A stretch of DNA of 64,000 bases from Myxococcota bacterium (GTDB lineage Bacteria; Myxococcota_A; UBA9160; JAFDDA01): positions 896,001 to 960,000 of the forward strand of contig OZ245817.1 in the NCBI GenBank assembly GCA_965228475.1, read 5' to 3'. The translations under genes and the position numbers were made by a program. Of this stretch, positions 27,027 to 37,094 are shown piece after piece; position 1 is the first letter of the stretch, and the number at the start of each line of letters is the position of its first letter. The notes beneath the pieces were generated by a model. It worked only from the letters and a program-made list of their open reading frames with translations. It ran no database searches and was not told the DNA's origin.

Positions 27027-28010
27027 ATGCGAACTCCCGCCGCGCGACCCCTCTCCCCGCGAATCGCCGCCTCTCGCCGCCTCGGGCTCTCCTGCGCCGG
27101 GCTCGCGCTGCTCCTCGCGGCAGGGCCGGCGGCCGCGCAGCACGGCTACATCCCGCCCGAAGACCGCGTCCTTCACGTCCGCCTCGCGGAGGCGCGCATC
27201 GTGGCCGTCGGGGAGGTGGAGCGCGTGGAGACGGGCCGGATCCTCGTGCGCAAAGCACGGGCGATCGTCGGCACCGTCGAGGACCGGTTCGAGGTGAAGC
27301 GCGCGCCCGGGACGCCGCCGCCGTGGGTCGAAGGCGAGCGGGTGCTGCTGCTGCTCGCGGGGGCCCGAAGCCCGTACCGCTGGGTCGAGAAGCCCGTCGA
27401 GGCGGAGTCCCTGCGGCTGAAGGACGAAGCGGACGAGGCGCGCTGGAGCGAAGCCCTCCGCGCCCTGCACGCGGTCCGCACGGCGCCCGGGGCGCGGCGG
27501 GACCTCTACGCCTCGTGGGTCGACAGCGGCGACGCGGCCCTGCGCGAGGTCGGCATGCGCGCGCTCATGGATGTCGAGAGCATGCTCTCGGCCATGGACG
27601 AAGACTTCGCGAAGCGCCGCCTGGCCGTCGCCCTCGACGAAGGCCGCGCGATCACCGTGCGCCGCGACGCGGCCCGGATCGCCGTGCGCCATCCGGTGGG
27701 AATCGCGGGGTTGCTCGGCTACCTGGGCGAGCGCCTCGAGAAGGTCGACGCGGTGCTGACCGAGATCGTGCTCGAGGCGGGCCTTCGGGTTCGCGACGAA
27801 CAGGTCGAGGGAACGCTCTCGGAGCTCCTGCGCAACGGGTCTCCAGAGCAGCAGACCCTCGCCGTGCGCCTCGCCGTCTTCGCCCAGGGGACCGAGGCGG
27901 AGCAGGCGCTCGCCGAACTCGCCGTCGGCCACCCGAAGGAAGCGTTGCGCAACGACGCCATGGTCGCCCTGAAGAAGCTCCGCAAGAACCGCGAGCGCCG
28001 CGGCAGCTGA
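27027..28010 (+). CDS. Secreted hypothetical protein with HEAT-like helical C-terminus
   Basis: Signal peptide (PAAA-Q), helical repeats; TATACT -10 box 8 nt upstream. Confidence 0.6.
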   Translation: MRTPAARPLSPRIAASRRLGLSCAGLALLLAAGPAAAQHGYIPPEDRVLHVRLAEARIVAVGEVERVETGRILVRKARAIVGTVEDRFEVKRAPGTPPPWVEGERVLLLLAGARSPYRWVEKPVEAESLRLKDEADEARWSEALRALHAVRTAPGARRDLYASWVDSGDAALREVGMRALMDVESMLSAMDEDFAKRRLAVALDEGRAITVRRDAARIAVRHPVGIAGLLGYLGERLEKVDAVLTEIVLEAGLRVRDEQVEGTLSELLRNGSPEQQTLAVRLAVFAQGTEAEQALAELAVGHPKEALRNDAMVALKKLRKNRERRGS

Positions 28011-28028
28011 CGCGCGGGCCAACCCTGT

Positions 28029-28355
28029 CTAGGCGAGCCGCTCGGCCTTGGCGGCCCAGACGAAGTCGCTCTCGGTCAGGCCGTCGATCGTGTGGGTAAA
28101 GATCTCGAGGCGGACCTTTCCCCAGGACAGGTGGATGTCCGGATGGTGGGCCTGGGCCTCGGCGAGCTCCCCGATGCGGTTGGTGAAGGCGAGGGCCTCC
28201 CCGAAGTCGGCGAAGCCGAACTCCTTCTCGAGATGGTGACCGCCGACGACCCGCCAGCCTCCGCCGAGCTCGGCGAGCAGGCCGTCGAGGGCCTCGCCGG
28301 CGAGGGGCGGGACGCCGCCCTTGCAAGGAACGCACTCCTTCGAAGCCAGATCCAT
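28029..28355 (-). CDS. Pterin-4-alpha-carbinolamine dehydratase
   Basis: CVPC N-terminus, [27 protein letters not shown]. Confidence 0.93.
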   Translation of the reverse strand: MDLASKECVPCKGGVPPLAGEALDGLLAELGGGWRVVGGHHLEKEFGFADFGEALAFTNRIGELAEAQAHHPDIHLSWGKVRLEIFTHTIDGLTESDFVWAAKAERLA

Positions 28356-28423
28356 GGGTTCCTCCCGGCTACATTGTAACCGCGCGCGCGAAGCGGTATC
28401 CGAGGAGCAGCGACGGAGGGACG

Positions 28424-28836
28424 ATGGCCAAGGTCGAGAAGACGGAGCAGGAGTGGCAGGAGCAGCTCTCGCCGGAGGCGTTCGCGGTGTGCCGCAAGAA
28501 AGGCACCGAGCGCGCCTTCACCGGGCGCTACTGGGATTGCAAGGAAGACGGCACCTACGTCTGCGCCTGCTGCGGCGCCGAGCTCTTCCGCTCCGACACC
28601 AAGTACGATTCCGGCACCGGCTGGCCGAGCTTCTACGAGGCGTTGAATTCGGAGGCCGTGCGCACCGAGCGCGACGCGTCGCTCGGCATGGAGCGGGTGG
28701 AGGTGCTCTGCGCGGCCTGCGACGCCCACCTCGGACACGTCTTCCCCGACGGCCCCGCGCCGACGGGCCAGCGCTATTGCATCAACTCGGTGTCGCTCGA
28801 TCTGAAGGCCGACGGAACCGACGGCGAGGAGCCGGG

Positions 28837-28840
<4 letters not shown>
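28424..28840 (+). CDS. msrB: Peptide-methionine (R)-S-oxide reductase
   Basis: [32 protein letters not shown]. Confidence 0.96.
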
Positions 28841-29412
<572 letters not shown>

Positions 29413-29974
29413 AGGCGCAGGGGCATCGCGAGGACGAACGCCCCGGTGAAGGCCGCGGCGATGGCATCGCCGGCCATCGCGCTCCCGAAGAACGTGAAGC
29501 CGAAGATGAACCAGAGGTACCAGACGCCCGCCGTGTGGAGCTTCCGCCAGGCGTTTCGCCCGAGCCGCGCCGCGGTGACGTCGAAGGAGGTGGCCACCAT
29601 GGCGGCGAGGAAGAGGTAGGCGATGCCCGCGGCGACGAGGGTGAACGGGTCCGGCTCGAACTCGGAACGCTGCATGTACATGTAGATCGCGTAGCCGTGC
29701 ACCGCGTGGGAGACGCCGACGCCGACCCCGAGCGGCCGCCGGTTGCGGAGCAGCCAGGCCGTCGCGCCGCTCCGGGAGAGGCGCCGGAGCGGGCGAGCGA
29801 GGAACGTCGCCAGGAGCAGGACGCCCGAGATGCGCGCCGTCGCGCGGATCAGCTGCCGCCAGCCCTCGGCCTCGGTTCCGTGCAGGGCGAAGCCCGCCGC
29901 CGCGGCCAGCGCCACCGCGAGGGCGGCCCAGCCGACGAGCGGCCAGCCTTCGAAGACCCCGGCGCGGTTCCCGC

Positions 29975-30847
29975 TCACGCCGCCGCCTCGCCTTCGGGGA
30001 TGGGACCGTCCGGGCCGTAGTAGCGGCGCTGCGCCGGCACCTGCCAGAAGTTCGGGTCGGGGAGCGCGAAGGGGTCGACCCGGTCGAGGGCCGGGATCCA
30101 GGCGGTCAGGTAGGTGGCGCGCCGGCCGTCGTGGTGGACGCAGGCGCTGTCGAGCCCGCGAAGGCGCGGCGCGACGTGGAGGCCCTGGACCGCCCAGTGG
30201 CCGTAGACCACGCCGTAGTCCGGCTCGGCCCCCGACCAGGCGTGGTGCCAGGCGTCGTTCGGCGTCTCCGGGTCCCGCGAGGACCAGCGGCCGCGGGAGC
30301 GGACCCGCCGGCAGCGCGTCAGCCGGGCGAGGTCGTCGGCTGTGGGGTCGTCCTCGCGCTCGGCGGCGAGCAGGGCGCGGGCGACCTCCTCGTCGTCCGC
30401 GCCGAGCCGGGCTTCGATGCCCCGCGCCCGGCGGAGCGTCTCCTCGAGGCTCCAGCCCGGGGCGACGGCGGCATGCACCATCACGAAGGGCCGGGCGCCG
30501 AGGGTCCCGCTCTCGGCGACGGGGCGCCGGCGCAGCCAATCGATCCAGTCGTCGGCCTCCGGGTCGTCGAGGACGTCGGCGAAGGTGTCGAGCGGGTGCG
30601 GCGTGCGCAGACCCCAGGCGCTTCGCAAGAGCGAGATCTCGTGGTTGCCGAGGACATAGCGGCAGCGACCCCGCTCCACGCGCTCCCGGACCTCCCGCAG
30701 CAGGGCGAGGTTCGACGGGCCCCGGTTGATCAGGTCGCCGACCTGCCAGAGCTCCCAGGCCGGGCCGAAACGGGCGTCCGCCCGGGCCAGGAGCTCGGCC
30801 ATTTCGGCCCCACAGCCCTGCACGTCGCCCAGGAAGACCGGCTGCAT
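29975..30847 (-). CDS. apaH: Symmetrical bis(5'-nucleosyl)-tetraphosphatase ApaH-like
   Basis: GDVQGC, VGDLINRGP, VLGNHE, MVHA, YGHWA, LDSACV. Confidence 0.88.
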   Translation of the reverse strand: MQPVFLGDVQGCGAEMAELLARADARFGPAWELWQVGDLINRGPSNLALLREVRERVERGRCRYVLGNHEISLLRSAWGLRTPHPLDTFADVLDDPEADDWIDWLRRRPVAESGTLGARPFVMVHAAVAPGWSLEETLRRARGIEARLGADDEEVARALLAAEREDDPTADDLARLTRCRRVRSRGRWSSRDPETPNDAWHHAWSGAEPDYGVVYGHWAVQGLHVAPRLRGLDSACVHHDGRRATYLTAWIPALDRVDPFALPDPNFWQVPAQRRYYGPDGPIPEGEAAA

Positions 30848-31061
30848 CGCGCCAGACTAGCGACTCGATACACCATTGAAAACGAATACTTAGAGAGGCT
30901 GGCCCGTCGCGGTCCCCGGGGGGATGCGCGGCGCTCGACGCGGCGTCGATCCGCTACTCTCCCGGCTTCGTTCGCGCCGCCTGCGCCGCAGGGGCCGGAC
31001 GATGGGTTCCAACTCGGCCTTCGCCCCCGGCGAACGCGGCCGACCCCATGGGGTGAGAGTC

Positions 31062-32453
31062 ATGTCACGCCGGATCATCCTCTGCGATGGAGCAGAGCTC
31101 GCGCGCCTGTGGAGCCGCATCGGCACGGGCGAGAAAGAAGAGCTGATCTGGGTCCCGCGCGAGGAAGAGGCGCGGGCGCGCCCCCGGGGTTTCCGCACGC
31201 TCCAGGGGCGGCTCTCGGGCGAGGGCATCGAGAAGCTCGATCCCAAGCCCGGCGACGAGTTCGCCATCGTGAGCGAGGAGGCGGGCTTCGTCCGGACCGC
31301 GGCCAAGGCCATCGAGAAGATCGCCCCGACGGCGCCGGTGCTCGTGCTCTCGGACCGGCTCGAGCCCGACGACCTTCCCCACCACCCCTGTCTGCGCCGC
31401 ACCGGCATGCGGACCCAGATCCGCGACGACATCGACGACGAGTTCTCGCACCTCGGCAACCTCTCCCGCGTGGTCGCCGTGCGGAACCTGCTCGGCTCCC
31501 GCGAGAAGATCGGCATCCTGCTGCAGCCCGACCCGGACCCGGACGGCATCGCCTCGGGGCTCGCGCTGCGGGCGCTGCTCGGCCGCAAGCGGTCGACGGC
31601 GCCCTTCATCTCCTTCGGCGAGGTCGAGCGCCCCGAGAACCGCGCGCTCGTCGAGGCGCTCGGCATCCAGGTCCGCACGCTGCTGCCCGAAGAGCTCGAC
31701 GAGTTCGACGGCCTCGCCCTGGTCGACGTCCAGCCGACCGTCTTCGGGGACGACCCGCCGGCGCGCGTGCGCTCGGTCGACGTCGTGATCGACCACCACC
31801 CGGAGCGAAGCGGCTACGACGCGGTCATGCGGGACATCCGCACCGCCTACGGCGCCACCTCCTCGATCCTGACCGAGTACCTGCGCGCTGCGGACATGGA
31901 CATCGGCCCGAAGCTCGCGACGGGCCTGCTCTACGGCATCAAGAGCGACACCCAGGTGCTCGGCCGCGAAACGAGCCCCCACGACGTCGATGCGTTCTCG
32001 TACCTGCACGCGCTCCACAGCCCGGCGCTCCTGCGCCGCGTCGAGCGCCCGGCGGTTCCGCTCGACGGGCTGAAGGCGCTCGGCCGGGCGCTTTCGCGTT
32101 CGCGGGTCGTCGAGGGCGTCCACGTCGTGGTGCTCGGCCGCGTGCGGGAGGACGTGATCCCCCAGGCGGCGGACTTCGCCCTCCAGGCCGAGGGCGCCGA
32201 GTGGGCCGTGGCCGCGGGCCTCGTGAACGGGAACCTCGTGTTCTCCGTCCGCAACGTCGGCCACGTGCGTTCGGCGGGCGAGATCGTGCGCGCGGTGGTC
32301 GAGGGCCTCGGCGTGGGCGGCGGTCACCGCTCCATGGCGAAGGGCATCATCCCCGTGAAGGCCTTCCGCGAAGCCTACGGCGGAACGGACCAGAAGCGCG
32401 TCCACGACGCGCTCGAGAAGGCCTTCACCGACGCGATTCGCGGCGGCGAGTAG
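31062..32453 (+). CDS. DHH/DHHA1 phosphoesterase with Rossmann-like N-terminal extension
   Basis: PDPDGIAS, IDHHP, GATSSIL, GIKSDT, GGGHRSMA. Confidence 0.88.
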   Translation: MSRRIILCDGAELARLWSRIGTGEKEELIWVPREEEARARPRGFRTLQGRLSGEGIEKLDPKPGDEFAIVSEEAGFVRTAAKAIEKIAPTAPVLVLSDRLEPDDLPHHPCLRRTGMRTQIRDDIDDEFSHLGNLSRVVAVRNLLGSREKIGILLQPDPDPDGIASGLALRALLGRKRSTAPFISFGEVERPENRALVEALGIQVRTLLPEELDEFDGLALVDVQPTVFGDDPPARVRSVDVVIDHHPERSGYDAVMRDIRTAYGATSSILTEYLRAADMDIGPKLATGLLYGIKSDTQVLGRETSPHDVDAFSYLHALHSPALLRRVERPAVPLDGLKALGRALSRSRVVEGVHVVVLGRVREDVIPQAADFALQAEGAEWAVAAGLVNGNLVFSVRNVGHVRSAGEIVRAVVEGLGVGGGHRSMAKGIIPVKAFREAYGGTDQKRVHDALEKAFTDAIRGGE

Positions 32454-32472
32454 GTCTCCCGCCCAAGCGCTC

Positions 32473-33948
32473 CTAGCGGCCCCGCGTCAGGTTCCCCACC
32501 GAGATCAGCTTGCGCACCTTCTTGTCCGGCGGCGGCGTCGCGACGAGGTCCCAGGACTCGCGCCGCCAGCTTCCGGACTCGGCGAGGTTCGCGAAGGCGG
32601 CGCCCATGGAATCGATCACCCGCACCGGGCGCGCCTCGTCGTCGGGCCAGCGCGGGTAGTCCGCGCGGTCCTCGCTCCACCGGCCGACGAACATGCCGAG
32701 GTCGACGATCTCGTCGCGCACGTCGTAGGCGATGTAGTAGAGCGGATGGAGCGTCTGCAGGTCCACGTACTTGATGAAGCGCGCCGTGTGCTGACCGCCC
32801 GGCGCGTCCTTCATGCGGCCCTCGATCACGAGCGCGCGGCGCAGATCCCAGCGGTCGTTCGCGAAGGAGAGCCCCCACGGGCCGAAGGCGCGCTCCTCGG
32901 TCTCGGGGTACATGGGCGTCACCGCGTTGATCGGCGCGAGCACGTCCTGGACGCCGAGGACGCGGTTCTCGTAGAGGATGGGGCGCGCCTCGAGTCCTTC
33001 GAACCCGCTGCGCTTGGTCTGGATGGTGGTGGCGCCCGCACCGCCGACGCCGCCCGCGCCGACGGAGGCGCCGCCGAGACCGCCCCCGCCGCCCATCGCC
33101 ACGGCGAGCTGCCGCGCCGGGACCGTTCCGACCGAGAACGACGGCATGTAGAGGCCCTCCACCTCCGCCGCGTTCAGGCGCCGCACCCGGCGCCACTCGG
33201 GCAGGTAGGCGTGGAGCTCGTCGCTGCGCCGCCGCACGGTCTGGTGCTCGACGTGGCGGTACTGGCGCCAGGCGAACTCGCGGGCCGGCTGGGGCTCGGT
33301 GAACTTTCCGCCCGAGACCCAGTGGCGGTCCTTCGCTCCCTTCGCCTCGTAGCCGCTCTCCGGCCGGTCCGCGCGGTAGGACATCTGGATCTTGAAGATG
33401 TTGCCGAGGAAGGGTTCGGCCCGGCCGATGCGGCCGACGAGGTCCGAGATGCGGAAGCGCTCCGAGAACATCCCCGCGGCCTGGTAGCGGTGGGCGAGGT
33501 TCCAGGCCCACTTCTGGCCGGCCTGGGGGTCGCCCGGGTCGATCTGCGCGGGAGGGAAGGGCAGCCCGGCCTGGTAGCCGGCGAGGCCGCCGTCTTCGGT
33601 GAGGGACGCCTTGCCCGCGTTCGCCGCGGTGGCTTCTCGGAAGAACGCCGGCGGCGCGTAGTCCCGGAAGCACGGCCCGATCTCGAGCTTCATGCCCTCG
33701 AAGAAGAAGCGCTCCCGGTACTGCCAGATGGCTTCGGGCAGGAACTTCTCGAGCATCGGGAGCTGCTCGACGCTGACGACGTCGCCGGTCGCGAAAGGCG
33801 CCGGCCCCGCGTCCTGGCCGAGCGGCCAGCCGCGCAGCCCGTCCGCCGGCGCGCAGCTGCCTTCGGCCGGCAGATCCCAGGGGCCCGCCTGGGCCGGCGC
33901 CGCGGCCCAGCCCAGCACGGCGAGCGCCAGTGCGAGTCCCCGCCTCAC
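32473..33948 (-). CDS. DUF1329-like secreted protein
   Basis: Signal peptide (PAQA), GLPFP..IDPxDPQAGxKxAWN, YLPEWRRVRR. GTG start overlaps the AKR TGA. Confidence 0.75.
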   Translation of the reverse strand: MRRGLALALAVLGWAAAPAQAGPWDLPAEGSCAPADGLRGWPLGQDAGPAPFATGDVVSVEQLPMLEKFLPEAIWQYRERFFFEGMKLEIGPCFRDYAPPAFFREATAANAGKASLTEDGGLAGYQAGLPFPPAQIDPGDPQAGQKWAWNLAHRYQAAGMFSERFRISDLVGRIGRAEPFLGNIFKIQMSYRADRPESGYEAKGAKDRHWVSGGKFTEPQPAREFAWRQYRHVEHQTVRRRSDELHAYLPEWRRVRRLNAAEVEGLYMPSFSVGTVPARQLAVAMGGGGGLGGASVGAGGVGGAGATTIQTKRSGFEGLEARPILYENRVLGVQDVLAPINAVTPMYPETEERAFGPWGLSFANDRWDLRRALVIEGRMKDAPGGQHTARFIKYVDLQTLHPLYYIAYDVRDEIVDLGMFVGRWSEDRADYPRWPDDEARPVRVIDSMGAAFANLAESGSWRRESWDLVATPPPDKKVRKLISVGNLTRGR

Positions 33949-35471
33949 GACGGGAAGGTCAGCAGATCGTGCGCCCCCGTCATCCGCTCGGGGATCGCCA
34001 CGCCGGTCGGGCAGCTCCCGAGACACGGGCCGGTGCAGGAGGCGCAGACCGAGGCGTTCTTCTCGAGCTTCGCGTAGAGGCGCATCGCCTCCTTCTCCTC
34101 ACCGTAGTCCTCGAAGTACATGCGGTGGCGCAGCACGTCGTGGATCGGCAGGCCCTCGGGGCAGCGGTCGAGGCACGCGCCGCAGTGCGGCGCGCAGTAG
34201 CTGCCCAGGATCTCGCGGTCGTACTTCTCGAGCACCGCCACGTCCTGCGCCGTCACGCCCTGGCCCGAAGCGGCGAGGTACTCGTCGCAGTGGGAGAGCT
34301 GACGGAAGGAGATCACCGTGCAGGAGACGTTCGGGTTCGAGAGCGACCACTTGAGCGCGGCCTGGGAGTAGGCGTTCGCCTCGGTCTTGAATCCCTCGAG
34401 GCCGTGGTGCTTCGCGCCCTTGAGCGTCTTCATGGCGACGATGCCCATGTCCTGCTCGGCGGCGGCGCGGTCGATGATGCCGCCGATCTCCGGCCAGATG
34501 CCGTGGTGGTAGGCGAGCATCATCACGTCGAAGCGGCCCGACGCGATGGCCTGGTTGGCGACGGGGACGAGCTTCGGCGTGTGGGTCGAGACGCCGAGGA
34601 AGCGCGCCTTGCCCTGCTCCTTCAGGCGGTCGAAGGCCTCGTGGACGTTCGGGTCCATCAGACGGTCGAGCTCGTCGCAGCTGTGGATGTGGATCAGGTC
34701 GACGTGGTCGGTGCGCAGCCGGACGAGGCTCTCCTCGACGGCGGCGACGTACTCCGCGACGGGGGTGCCCGGCGGCAGGTGGCCGAGGGCGTTGCAGAAC
34801 TTCGTGGCGACGAAGATGTCGTCGCGCCGCCCTTCGAGCGCCGCGCCGATGCACTCTTCACTGCCGTTCGCCGAGTAGTCCGGCGAGGTGTCGACGTAGT
34901 TCACGCCGCGGTCGAAGGCGAGCCGGGCGATGGCGGTGCCCTCTTCGCCCTTGAGCCCGCCGCTCCCGAGCACGACGTCCGAGATCTGGAACTCGGTGCG
35001 GCCGAGCCGGCGGTAGGCCTTCACCCGGCTGCCCTGCCAGGCCGCCGGCGGATTCTCGTGGGTTCCGGGAACGCCCGGCGCGCTGATGTTGCCTGCGATC
35101 GGTCGCCAGCCCGGGCCGCCCGTCGCCAGGCCGAAGTAGGCGCGGCCGAAGGCCGCCGCGCCGGCCGCCGCACCCGTGCCCAGGGCGGCGGCGCCGGTCA
35201 GGAAGCGCCGGCGTCCCGGCGCCGGTGCCGCGATCCGCCGCGGCAGTACGAAGAGCGAGGCGATGACGAGAAGCAGGATCAGTCCGATCGCCAGCACGAG
35301 GCCGCCGATCGCGTTCGGGGCATCGGGGGCGAGCTTCTGGAGCGTCTCTCCCATCGGGAAGGCGCTCGGCGCGAGCCCGATGAACGAGTCGTAGAGCAGC
35401 GGTCCCGAAACGAAGAATCCGAGAATGGCGGCAATGGCGATCCAGAGGCCGACGAAGCGACGTCCCGACAT
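33945..35471 (-). CDS. Aldo/keto reductase with N-terminal TM helices, internal twin-arginine motif and C-terminal Fe-S cysteines
   Basis: YRRLGRT, GVNYVDTSPDY, IFVATK, SLVRLRTDHVDLIHIH, GKARFLGVSTH; CAPHCGACLDRCP and CASCTGPCLGSCP. Confidence 0.9.
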   Translation of the reverse strand: MSGRRFVGLWIAIAAILGFFVSGPLLYDSFIGLAPSAFPMGETLQKLAPDAPNAIGGLVLAIGLILLLVIASLFVLPRRIAAPAPGRRRFLTGAAALGTGAAAGAAAFGRAYFGLATGGPGWRPIAGNISAPGVPGTHENPPAAWQGSRVKAYRRLGRTEFQISDVVLGSGGLKGEEGTAIARLAFDRGVNYVDTSPDYSANGSEECIGAALEGRRDDIFVATKFCNALGHLPPGTPVAEYVAAVEESLVRLRTDHVDLIHIHSCDELDRLMDPNVHEAFDRLKEQGKARFLGVSTHTPKLVPVANQAIASGRFDVMMLAYHHGIWPEIGGIIDRAAAEQDMGIVAMKTLKGAKHHGLEGFKTEANAYSQAALKWSLSNPNVSCTVISFRQLSHCDEYLAASGQGVTAQDVAVLEKYDREILGSYCAPHCGACLDRCPEGLPIHDVLRHRMYFEDYGEEKEAMRLYAKLEKNASVCASCTGPCLGSCPTGVAIPERMTGAHDLLTFPS

Positions 35472-35558
35472 GTGTTCCCCTCCGGGTGCGCGCCAGGCGG
35501 GCGAGGCGCACCGATCGGATCATCATAACCTTTCGGGCACTTCGGAATGGCGCTGGCT

Positions 35559-36503
35559 TCACGCGAAGGCGGAACGAAAGCGCTCGAGGAAGGCTGCGAG
35601 GCCCGCGAGCTCCGGATCCTTCAGGGCATCCTCAGGCTCGGCCGGGAGGAGGAGGTCCAGGGCCGCGCCCGGGAGCTCGCCGGCGGCGGCGCCGTAGGCG
35701 TCGAGCAACGCCTCGGCTTCCGCGAGCCGCCCCGCACCGTGGAACCAGGTGATCCGGGCCGGCGCTGCGCCACCCGCGCCGAGCTCGAGGAAGTGCCGCG
35801 CAGCCTCGAGCGAGTCCGTCAGCAGCCCCGTCTCGAGGCGCGCGGCACGCGCGACCGCCCCACGCGCCGTCGCCGCGATCCAGAGCGGAGGGTGGGGACG
35901 CTGGCACGGCTTCGGGTGGACGCCGACGCTCTCGATGCGGTGGTGTTCGCCTTCGAAGGTGACCGCCCCGTCCTGCCAGGCTTGGCGGAGCAGGGCGACC
36001 GCTTCCTCGAGCCGGGTGGTGCGCTCGGCGAGCGCCACGCCGAACCCGTCGAAGCCCTCGGCGTGGTCGCCGAGGCCGACGCCGAGTTCGAGCCGTCCCC
36101 CCGAGAGCACGTCGAGACTCGCGGCGTCCTCGGCGACCCGCAGCGGGTGGTGGAGCGGGAGCGGGAGCACGCCCGTCGCGAGGCGCGCGCTCCGGGTCCG
36201 TGCGGCGATCGCCGCGAGCAGCGGGAAGGCGGCGGGGAGCCGCGCACCGGGTGCGAAGGGCCGCTCGGCCACCCAGAGCACGTCGATTCCCGCGCGCTCC
36301 GCCGCCTCGGCGTGGCGCAGCAGGGCCTGATAGGCCTCGGCCGGCTCCGACGGTCCGGACGCACCGGCGTCGTTCGGGTCGGCGCGCAGGTCGTAACGCA
36401 GGCCGACCCGGCGGCCGCTCGTGACCGAAGGGTCGTCTGCGACCCGGCGGCCGTTCGTGACCCGGCGGCCGTTCGTCGCGTTGGGTCGATCGGTCTGCGA
36501 CAT
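35559..36503 (-). CDS. LLM-class flavin-dependent oxidoreductase
   Basis: LWVAERPF, LPLHHPLRVAEDAASLDVLSGGRLELGVGLG, PKPCQRPHPPLWIA. Confidence 0.88.
   Translation of the reverse strand: MSQTDRPNATNGRRVTNGRRVADDPSVTSGRRVGLRYDLRADPNDAGASGPSEPAEAYQALLRHAEAAERAGIDVLWVAERPFAPGARLPAAFPLLAAIAARTRSARLATGVLPLPLHHPLRVAEDAASLDVLSGGRLELGVGLGDHAEGFDGFGVALAERTTRLEEAVALLRQAWQDGAVTFEGEHHRIESVGVHPKPCQRPHPPLWIAATARGAVARAARLETGLLTDSLEAARHFLELGAGGAAPARITWFHGAGRLAEAEALLDAYGAAAGELPGAALDLLLPAEPEDALKDPELAGLAAFLERFRSAFA
36405..36476. repeat. Three 18-bp copies encoding T(N/S)GRRV in the LLM N-terminus
   Basis: gacccggcggccg(c/t)tcgt at 36405, 36441 and 36459. Confidence 0.9.
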
Positions 36504-36511
36504 CCGGGCGG

Positions 36512-36519
36512 ATTATAGT
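36512..36519. promoter_or_regulatory. Overlapping divergent -10 boxes (TATAAT on minus, TATAGT on plus)
   Basis: ATTATAGT lies between ATG 36503(-) (8-nt spacer) and GTG 36526(+) (6-nt spacer). Confidence 0.7.
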
Positions 36520-36525
36520 CTGCCG

Positions 36526-37044
36526 GTGCTCGGCTCCCGCACCCTCCAGGCCGTCTATCTCGGCGCGGAACCCTTCGAGAAGGACGGCACCTTCGGCCTG
36601 TTGCTCTGCTTCCGTCCGCTGCGGGCGCGCATCGATGCCGATCGCATCGAAGACCCGGCCGAACTCGGCCCCGAACTCACGATCCCGGCGGTGGCGGGGA
36701 TCGGCAAGGTTCTCCGCATCCTGCGCGCCGCGAAGATCGCCGCGCCCGAGGACGGGGTCTCCCTGCTCGGCGACAGGGCCCGGATCGAGCGGCTGCTCGC
36801 GCGCGCCGAGGGAACGCGGCTCGTCCTGACCCTCCTCCGCCGCACCCGCGTCCGCTACGTGGCCTGGACCGAAGCGGGCGTCGAGACCGTCGAAGACGTC
36901 GCCGACGTGATCGAGGGCGAGGACGAGACCCTCGTCCTGCGGCGCGGCGAGCGCCTGCCCGTGCGCTTCCGGCGCGAGGAGCTCTCGCGCGGGCAGACCG
37001 AGCGCGAGGCCTGGTACCAGGTCCTCGAGATCGATCGAATCTAG
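36526..37044 (+). CDS. Hypothetical protein
   Basis: Open frame with GC3-biased codons, GTG 6 nt after TATAGT; no recognised motif. Confidence 0.65.
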   Translation: MLGSRTLQAVYLGAEPFEKDGTFGLLLCFRPLRARIDADRIEDPAELGPELTIPAVAGIGKVLRILRAAKIAAPEDGVSLLGDRARIERLLARAEGTRLVLTLLRRTRVRYVAWTEAGVETVEDVADVIEGEDETLVLRRGERLPVRFRREELSRGQTEREAWYQVLEIDRI

Positions 37045-37094
37045 CCCGCGATCGTTCGGATCGGGGACCCCGGGCAGCGGGCTATGCTCCGGGC

